A stretch of DNA of 54,900 nt from Basidioascus undulatus (lineage: Eukaryota). The position numbers and the translations under genes are program-made. Below the pieces are notes generated by a model, which made no database searches, was not told the DNA's origin, and saw nothing but the letters and a program-made list of their open reading frames with translations. Location: NCBI GenBank assembly GCA_000826855.1, contig JTLS01000049.1, forward strand, positions 1 to 54,900, in the 5' to 3' direction. Below are positions 46,521 to 54,900 of the stretch, one piece after another. Position 1 is the stretch's first letter; each line of letters starts with the position of its first letter.

Positions 46521-49406
46521 TCATCCCGTATCTCGTCCATCCCAATCCCACTGCCCCCTCTCTCCAAGCGCCCGCACATACTCCAGCAGAAGCAGGTAGT
46601 TGTACGCGAGGAGGTCTTCCCACCTTCATGATATCCACTACGTCAGCCCCCATTCTTCAAGAGCCACGAAACGAAAAAAGGAACGAGAGAGGGAAAGGAA
46701 AGAGAATGCCAATTGAGCACGCACCTCCAATGCTCCCTCACGAACCGCGCGCCGTTCTCGCCTATCCTCCGCGCGAGGTCGTCCCTCCCCGGGCTGCGCG
46801 GGTCGCCTGTGCCAATGAAGAACGCGAGAATGTCGGGTACGTCGGTAAGGTCAACCTTGACGGGCTGCAGCCGTTCATTTGTTAGTTTGTCGGTCGTGAA
46901 ATTACGTGCTAGAACAAGGGTTGAGACGGGGCGATACGGACAATGTCTGTGTTTGGATGCGGGTAAGAACGGTTGGCAGATGAGAAGACATCTGGAAAAG
47001 ACGCACAGTGGTACCACGGGACCAACGACCCGGCGTTAAACTCCGGAAAGACCGTCGACTTCAGGACGACCGAGCCGGTGGAGAGGAGTCTCCTGAAGCG
47101 GGAGCTCCAGCCATTGCCGTCCTTTACCCCCGACATCAGGGTCTTCGCCGTGGAAAAAGGAGATAAAGCAAGACGCGCCATGTCGAAGACGTATTTGAAG
47201 CGCTCCCCATACCCCAGGGGTGTCCGCTCCGCGAACCGAATCTCGCGCTTCATTTCATCGCCTGCACACCCCCACCAGTCAGTACGTTTGCGCTTCTCCC
47301 CTCCTTGCTCACTCAGCCCCTGACTCACAAGTCTCCTCATCCGCACACCTACCCGCGCACATCACTCCTTGTCACTTCTCCCCTTCCCTTCGTCCACAGC
47401 AAGAAACAGAAATAAGCAAGCGCACTGATGCGGCGCATCCGTCAGTGCGACGTCCAACCACCTCTCCACGAGCTCCCTGCGCGAGTGCGGCGTCCGCGCA
47501 CGCGTTCCGTCCGGCCCGGGGAGGGCGTCGAGGACGGACCATACGCCCGTTATGTTTTGAGCGAGCCTGACAAGCGGAAATGAAGGTAAGGATTCAGCAC
47601 AGGAGAATGAAGAAGAGGGGACGAGGGGAAGCAGGAAGAAGACTCACATGTGCAGTCGGACTCGGTGCGCTTTCCGCCAGTCACGGTCGGTCGAGTAGCT
47701 CTCGCCCTGCGCGTTGCGTCAGCTCGTGCTGCTTTAATGGATGGAGAGGATAGAATGGGGAAAAGACACACAGTCGACAGTCCTCGCCAGAAGACTCTGT
47801 TCTCCGTCTTGCTCTCCCACGGCTGGCTCGTCGAGGAATTGTCGAAGCCCTCCCTTTCCATCGCAAAGCTCATCAGCTTTCCTAAGGAGACAGGAAAGGA
47901 GGGGGTAGGAGGTGTTTACTCACAGAGGCGTGTGCAGCAGCTCCGACAGCAGCCCTCCGCCAAGCTTCGAGAGCGTGAAGATAGGCTGGACGGCGTAAGG
48001 GTAGTGGCCGCCCCATCTGCGTGCGTGCTCTCCCTGTCAGAGGGGATAGAATAGGGGTATTCTAAGAATAGAACGCACGCAAGCGAGCCGTGGATGGGTA
48101 TCAAGTCTGGGTGGAGGCAGATATCGGACGCTGCGATGTGGTCGTGGATAAACGTCGGGCTTTCGTCGTCTGCCCACGCACCCATACCAGTCAGTCAATG
48201 GGCTGTAGGGGCAAAATGCCGTCCCGACTGATCACCTACCTTCCAAATGCTTCTTCCCCGCGTTGATCGGGTCCGATGGCGCACACAGATGCCCCCACCC
48301 AGGCTTCTCGTACTTCTCCAACCTCTCGAACTCCAACACTTCCTCAAAGCTCAGCACTGTCACCTCCCGCCTCCTCTCAGCGCTCCTTCATCTTTTCCCC
48401 CTCTCTGCTCATAAAGCATCACGGACTCACCCTCCCCCTTCCGGACCCTCTCCCTCCCCCTGACGCGATAATCCCAAGCAAGGCCCTGAATTGCACGATC
48501 GTCATTCGAGAATTGGAGGACCCATCCCTCGTCCTCGCCCCCCGGCGGCGGAGAGGGCAAGAGCGGCGCGAGGAGCGCAAGGAAGTCGCGCTCCATGATC
48601 GCGCGCAAGGAGTCTGCGCTCGGGCCGGAGAGGCGCGCAGGGGAGGAGGGGGAGGAGTGGAGGGTGAGCGTGTAGGAGGTGGGGGAGCGCGGGTTCGTGG
48701 AGAGCAGGTGCAGGCGGTGTCGGAGGATCGAGGGTGGGAGGGCGAGGAACTTTCATGCGGGCCGGGAGAAAGTGAGCGTGATGGAGTGGAAGCGAGTAAG
48801 GAAGGAAGACGCACAAGTGTGATGTCTTCTGCGATTTGGTCATACCCATCTACAACCTTGACTCCATGCTTCTTACACCATTCGAACCTGTCCCCTCGAC
48901 CCCGATCAGCATACCTGTTTCTGTCTTTCTGTCCACTCACTCTCACGCGCGATTGAGCACCGACAGACTCACCACTCCCCAAAGCCTCTCGGCGGCCTCC
49001 TCCCATGCCTCCTCTCATACTTCTCCGCCGCCTCCCGCACCGTCCTACTCTGACCCTCCAAAATCCCTCTCCACTTGCGCTCCCCTTCAGCAAGCAAGTA
49101 TCCGATTGGATGGGGCGCGCCGGGCGTGCGCAGGTCCGCCTGGAGCAGGCCGTCCGGCCGGCGGTCGTGGTTGTGATCTTTATTGTGGTTGTGATCGTTA
49201 TTGTGGTTGTGATCGTTATTGTGATTGTGATCGTTATTCTTGGGAATGAAGTTGGGTATTGAATCGGGGATGTGGATTGGGGGAGGTTCGGGGTGCGGTA
49301 TGCGCGTGAGGGAGAGGCGCGGGGCCGGGACGAGGAAGAACAGGCCGAGGATGGGCAGGACGAGGACGAGAGCGGTGCGGCGGACGTTGAGGACATGCCG
49401 CCGCAT
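46521..49406 (-). CDS. CAP10-like glycosyltransferase family 90 (putative Golgi xylosyltransferase), type II membrane
   Basis: N-terminal TM, HPIGYLLAEGERKW...QSRT...YERRHGRRPPRGFGEW, YDQI, DICLHP, PWESKTENRVFWRGLST, FKYVFDM/DGNGWSSRFRRLL..SVVLKSTVFPEF, LVPWYH, EDLLAYNYLLLLEYVR. Confidence 0.9.
49166..49239. repeat. 18-bp tandem minisatellite (~4 copies) encoding (NNDHNH)n in the GT90 stem
   Basis: gttgtgatcgttattgtg repeated; minus-strand translation KNNDHNHNNDHNHNNDHNHNKDHNHD. Confidence 0.85.
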
Positions 49407-50067
49407 CGCTTTGGTGGCTATGATCAATGCTCGAGTGCAATCCTTTGAGACCGTTTGGTCCGTCAGTACGAGTGTGGTAGGAGTCGTCTGTGGTCACTCT
49501 GGACAAGGAAGGAGGAAGGCGTTGAGAGGAGCCTGGCCTTGACACTCCCGCTCCCATTCACCGTTACAATCACGTGTCAAAAGCACGTGTGTCGCTTTGC
49601 GGCGCAGTTTGAGTTCTGTACCGAGATTGAGAGCACAAAAGCAGTCGGTGTCTCGACGGGCCGTGTCTGGCAGGTCGAAGCAGGAAACTCAGCAGGTGGC
49701 AGCAGGTTGAAGACTTCGCGAATACTTCGATGCAAACCAGCAGGTTGCGCACGACACCCCTCTTCAATCCCCGTTGCAGATGTTTTCGGGAAACAACTAA
49801 TCTAGATATGGCCAAGTAATTGGAATAGGAAGCCGGCGTGAAAGCAAGTCGAAGCAGCAGGTAGCAGTGTGCAGTGTGCGTGGGTGTGGCAGGTATGTGC
49901 AGGAGGTGCGAAGCAAGAAACGGAGAACTGGAAGGTGCGGCAATAATTGAGAGGTAATGTTTGTGGATGACTGGTTGATATGGAGAGCAAAGGCAGGGGC
50001 CAGGTGTGTCCGATGAGATAATGAGAGGAGCGAAGGAAGACGAAGGTTTAAACCCGAAAGGAAGCGC

Positions 50068-52064
50068 TCATTGTGGCCGGCTGTCGAGCCGTCTTCGCTT
50101 TGCGGCGCTCTGCTTTTCCTTGTACTGTAGGCCGATCTCATTATCAGCCAGGAGCCCCACGATCTCTTGAGCGGTCTAAGCCAGGGACGTACCTCGGTCC
50201 TTGCGTACCACGCGCCTGCATCCATCGCGGCACATCAATCAGACGGAGCGGGATAAGAAGACGGAAGAACAGGGGGAAGACGCACCGCCGAAGAGGGTAA
50301 CGGCGATCCCGAGCGCGTTGAGCGGCGTGATCAACAGGTCGAAGATAACAACCGCCAGGACAATGGTCAAGACCTGCTTGACGTTGGCTGCCGGCCGCGC
50401 ACCATCCTATTCTAGTCAATCCCAATCCTACTCTCAACGCCCGAGCCAACTCACCAGCGACCGTCATCGTGAGCGCGCTCGTCTTCTTGTTCGCCGTGAA
50501 GCTGACGACGTTGAGCCCGAACGCGATGCACCCGTTGACCGCGAGCGAGAGCGCGCGCCCGCGCGTCATCTGCGTCGCGCCAAACGTGCGCACGCGGTCG
50601 AGCTCGCCCGTCCAGTACGCGTACGCGACGCACTGGACGAACGCGAGCGGGCACATGCGCATGAGCAGGTCGAGCGGGTGCAGCTTCAGCCGGTTCCCGT
50701 GCCCCGTTTGGATCTGGTTGGTCACGATCGTTTTGAGCGCCGCAAGGAAGGTGCCGATGAGGGTGAGGGTGCTGTGTGGAGCGAGGGAAGCGGGTGAGTT
50801 GGGATTGGGGGAGGGGAGAAGAGGGCGGAGAGTTGGGGGGGTTGTGGAGAAGAACAGAACGCACAGGCCCCAGAGGGTGAAATAGTAGTCCCCGTATGTT
50901 GCGAGCCCAACCCCCGCCATGACCGGGACGAGGGACATGAGCTTCTTTGCGGAGAAGCGCGAGCGGAGGAAGAAGACGGAGATGAAGATTGTGAAGAGCG
51001 GGGTGAGGGAGCGGACGACCTGTGTGTCGGGCCGGTCATGAATCAGCTCTCTATCTACTGCTTCAATTGGAAGTCCGAAAAACAGGTGGAGCCGGGGGAA
51101 GAGGAGAGGACAGCATGGGATAGGAAGCAGGAACGAACCTGATGTACAGGCACAGTGACTAGTTGCAGAGAGATGTTGGACACGGCGATGTTGATGGTGT
51201 AGAGGACGGACTGTGCGGAGAAGTGGGCAAGGAGAGAGCGGGATGCGGGTGAGGAAGACGGAGGAGGTGGGAAGGGGAGTTGCGGATCGGGACATACGAA
51301 TGCGACGAGGACGAGGTTTTCTTTTGATGTGAGGCGTGCAGGAATCTATGAAAAGAGAAGACAGGAATGTCAGTAGGCTGCCGGAGTAGCGAGAGAAAGT
51401 CGGCGATCTAGTGCGGAAGGCCGTCTTCTCGCTTCGCGTCTTCCCCAAGTGCCACTGTCCACCTCACCCACGGCACGCCTTGCGCTCCCAGCTCCTCCTC
51501 TCCCCGTCTCAAGAGCAAAACGAAGTAACTCACAAAATGACCGCGCACAAGAGCAATGTAGCAACCGCAGCTACCGCTCAGGGCGTGAAGGCCCGTGAGC
51601 GTGTAGGGGAACGGGAACTTCACGAGGACGCCCTTATTGTAGAGCGTCAATCCGAGATTGAAGAAGAAGTAGAGTCCCAACCAGTACGCCTGACTGTCCC
51701 AGAACCCGGCCTTGGCGCCCCCGCCCGCAGCAGTCGCGGGCGCGGGCAGCCCGCCGGGGGCGTCCGCTCGGGAGGGTGACCGACTGCGTTCTCGGGCGCT
51801 GGCGGACTTCTCGTCGAGCGGGAAGGAGGAGGTGGTGGACGTGGAGGGGGTAGTGGTGGTATTCATCCAGTAGTTTGACGCGGCTGCAAGGGCTGCGTCT
51901 GCGGTGGGGGAGCGGGAGAGGGCGGAGGAGATGGAGCCGAGCCAGGTTGGGGGCGGGTGGGAAGACTCGGAGGAGGGCGTGAGGGGCGGGGTCTGCGGGT
52001 CTACGGGCGAGCTTGCTAGGGACGGGTTCGAGGGGTAGTACAGCCCGCCGTTTGGCTTGCCCAT
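50068..52064 (-). CDS. TPT-family (DMT superfamily) nucleotide-sugar transporter
   Basis: WLGLYFFFNLGLTLYNKGVLVKFPFPYTLTGLH, SVLYTINIAVSNISLQLVTVPVHQ/VVRSLTPLF, YGDYYFT, LAALKTIVTN, LHPLDLLMRMCPLA, NGCIAFGLNVVSFTANKKTSALTMTVA/ANVKQVLTI; ends YKEKQ...SRPQ*. Confidence 0.92.
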
Positions 52065-53297
52065 CTAGGTGTGTTGAGGGCGGCGGCGGCGGCTAGGGGG
52101 GCGGACGGGCGCGAGGAGAGAAGCCAAGGCCGGTGCTCGACGGAGAGGGAAGACTGTGCCGTGTGGGCGCTAGAGCCGAGCGCGAATGGCCAGAATGGCG
52201 CCAAAAATATTAGTCTGTACGCGTATGGTTAAGTATGGTGTGCTGGTATATTCCCGAGGAGGAGGTGGTGGTAGAATGCTGAGGAGGACAAGCTGCAAAG
52301 GGGAAGGGAAGGGTATCGAGAAGGGGGGCCGCCGAGCTGCTGCACGCGTCTGAAAGTTGACAGGCGCAGCTTTCAGCAAGGCATGTCGCACAAACCGACA
52401 CGCACGGCCGGCTCACTCTGACCGCTGACATGGAATGCTGCTTCTTCGTTGGGGACACATATTCCTGTTCTGCGTGTATACACCGCTCTTTATTTTCAAT
52501 CTTTCGGACGTGAGCCCCAAGGAGCGAGGGTAGGTCGATTCGCAGCCGTCGACCACCGCGGCCGATCTCACTTAAGTTCTCACGCTGCCAGCAGTAAGAC
52601 AAATCTTATCATCGTCAAGGCCTCGCTCAGTCGACTCGACTCAGCCACTGCATGTATCTCGACACGCATTCGCCTGCATCGACTCGAGCCCAGTCTATGA
52701 ATGCAGCTTGCAGTCGAGGTTCCTCGAGAAAGCTTCTCCGATGGCCTTACAGGGCAAGACCAGGGCGGAATGTAAGTAGCTGTTAATGTACACTCGTCAT
52801 CTCTCGAATTCAGCTCAATTTTTCCGGTATCAGCTTGACAGCATCTCCAGTCGGACGTGACGTGCACGCATCTGCCGCGCCCAGGTGGACAAACAGATAC
52901 TCCAGGTCAAGCTCCGGAACGCACCGTCGATGAAATTACGACCGAAGAAGTTTTTCCATGCTATGATTGAACAAGGAAGCCGCTATTGAAAACTATCCAC
53001 ACTCAAATGGAATAGACAACGCGGAAGCCTGGAAACTATGCAGCCCACCGACATCACCGCGGCTCTCCTTGGATGACAGTCAGCGAGCAGAGCATCGAAG
53101 ACATACAGCTCTGCACAACACCACAGGATGCCCTTTTTGCATGGAAATTGAAGTAACCCCAAGATAAACACGAGCTCGACACCCTCTGGTGGGCAAGCTG
53201 CAACTCACTTACGTGCACCGCATGCACACAACCGCAGCTTCAATGAGTCTTACTACTTTCCTTCCCTAATGCAAGTCATGGATAGTAAGTCATATTG

Positions 53298-53842
53298 ATA
53301 CGTCCGTACCCACACAGACATCCCCCTTCCCGCCATCAAGGCCGCCTTTGAGGACGACTGCGCACTACCTCATCACTGAGCTCGTCGAGGGCGTCCCCCT
53401 TGCCGACCTCCCCGATGAGAAGAAGCTGCCCGTGTTCAAGCAGCTTGACACACACCTCGCAACGCTGCGCAGTCTCCCGCTTGTCCAAGATGGGTGGTCT
53501 CGCAGGCGAGTGCTGCTTTCCGTATAGGCTCGCTAACCATCTCGTCTGCGGCGTTCAAACCGAGTATCGCGACGCCGAGCCGGACAACAGCTATATCTTT
53601 TGTCACAATGACCTCTCCCAGAAAATGTCCTTGTTGAACCAGACACGCTCGAGATGGCCTCGATCATTGATCGAGAATACGCGGGCTTCTACCTGCCTCA
53701 GATGGAGGGGAGGTTCTACTTGCGTCCAGGGCCGTCCGGCGCACTTGCTGGCGAGCACGACGATGTGCCGGAGCTGCTGCAAATGCTGAAATGGCTCGAA
53801 GTTGACAAGGTGCCTCAGAAGGCTCCGGGCCGCTCTACCTGA
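53298..53842 (+). pseudogene. APH/choline-kinase-like phosphotransferase pseudogene
   Basis: YVRTHTDIPLP..AFEDD..YLITELVEGVPL, Brenner-type FCHNDLSQ(frameshift)NVLVEPDTL, IIDREYAGFY where IIDWE is usual, FYLRPGPS; several frameshifts and no clear 5' end. Confidence 0.75.
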
Positions 53843-54317
53843 TCCAGCTCACTTACCCACCTGCTTGTACCCATCTTTCGTCTCCCCCTATGACAGATGA
53901 ATCCTGAGCTTTTTCCTGCAGTGTGTGAATCCAACAGCTTTGACATGCTGCGCTCCTCCTTCTCCATCGTCGCTTCCCGAGTCCTACGCATTGCTCCGTA
54001 AAATGACCTTTTCGTCTCTTCCCCTCAAAATGACACTCTTTGTACCGCTTCCCACTTGACTCTTGCATTGACGATGTCTCTCGGGCAGCTGAATCTTCCA
54101 AGATCCATTGCCGTTCATGAAAGCGGTTCATTGCCGCGTGATACTTGCTTCTCAGAGTGAACCCTTGAAAACGGATCATTTGAGTCTGACTTCAGCTGGA
54201 AGCGCCACTCGATTGTGTTGGTCTTGCCTCCAAGCGCATACCGGGTAGGGCTGTACCTTTCGAGAGAGAAAGAAAAGAAAAGAAAAAAAAACGACCTTGA
54301 CAAAAAGAGAAAGTAAT

Positions 54318-54373
54318 TTCCTCCTTGACCTCGTCATTACTAGTGACGCGCTCTACCACTGAGCTAAGGAGGA
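54318..54373 (-). tRNA. T-arm-less copy of tRNA-Thr(AGT) (56 nt; pseudo-tRNA or armless variant)
   Basis: Minus strand reads TCCTCCTTAGCTCAGTGGTAGAGCGCGTCACTAGTAATGACGAGGTCA-AGGAGGAA, identical to 38343-38414 except that GTCGTTCAAGTCGGCT (16 nt) is missing; T-run follows. Confidence 0.85.
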
Positions 54374-54900
54374 AGTTGGTTGGTTTTTTATATTTTATCT
54401 ATCTGAATATCATTTGTGTCATCAAACACTGCCAATTGAATATTGGCACTTCCTTAGAAGGTACTAGATTCCCAAACTGCCGCAAAGGGAAGCAAAAATA
54501 CATCCAATTGTCCGGTAAAACAGATGTGAGACAAACAGCCTCCTTGCACCGTTGTGAGAAAGATGGTACCTTTTAGAGCCGGAACAGGTGAGCTTTACGA
54601 CCCTGTCCAAGCTCGATTCTCACAGTGGCCCGTACAGATTTCGGATGGTAGTCCCGCTGCGAAATTTGCAGTCCGACTACAGTGACTGTATGGTCCCGGC
54701 AGACCATATGCACGGGATGCAACAAACCGTTGTAGGCGCAGTGTGCAACCGCAATCCTCACGTGCAGCGCTTGAGCGCGTCGCATCCAAGCCTTAATGAT
54801 ATGCATCTGGGTTCCGAATACAAAAAAAAAATCAGAACTGTGTGGCGCAAACAGCCCAAGGAGAGTACAAGAGTAGGAAAGGGGAGACCAGAGACAAAGA

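Noticed and set aside
49166..49239. Short repeat array as CRISPR-like
   Set aside because: Head-to-tail coding minisatellite with no spacers, in a eukaryotic gene.
38343..54373. The two inverted tRNA copies as attachment sites of an integrated island
   Set aside because: They are inverted, the enclosed genes are core eukaryotic genes, and no integrase is present.

Overview
Eukaryotic, GC-rich, intron-dense fungal DNA, most likely a basidiomycete (short GT-AG introns with CTRAC/GCTGAC branch sites, single-chain ATP-citrate lyase). Apparently intact genes, left to right: delta-9 desaturase OLE1 (+), ATP-citrate lyase ACL1 (-), a DUF3445/HRQ-type protein (-), SLY1 (-), two paralogous secreted Thr/Val-rich proteins (+), exopolyphosphatase PPX1 (-), tRNA-Thr(AGT) (+), CCA1 (+), CLF1 (-), a CAP10/GT90 glycosyltransferase (-) and a TPT-family nucleotide-sugar transporter (-). 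They alternate with disrupted accessory genes (SAM methyltransferase, UDP-glycosyltransferase, APH-type kinase, BRCT, coiled-coil) and transposon remnants. Two observations stand out. (1) An inverted, non-coding copy of the ACL1 3' end sits ~1.7 kb downstream of ACL1; its last coding exon and 3'UTR exon stay ~90% identical while the introns have diverged, a pattern expected if pairing with the spliced ACL1 RNA is being maintained. (2) A second, otherwise identical tRNA-Thr(AGT) gene cleanly lacks the T-arm. Exon boundaries and identity values were derived by eye and are approximate.
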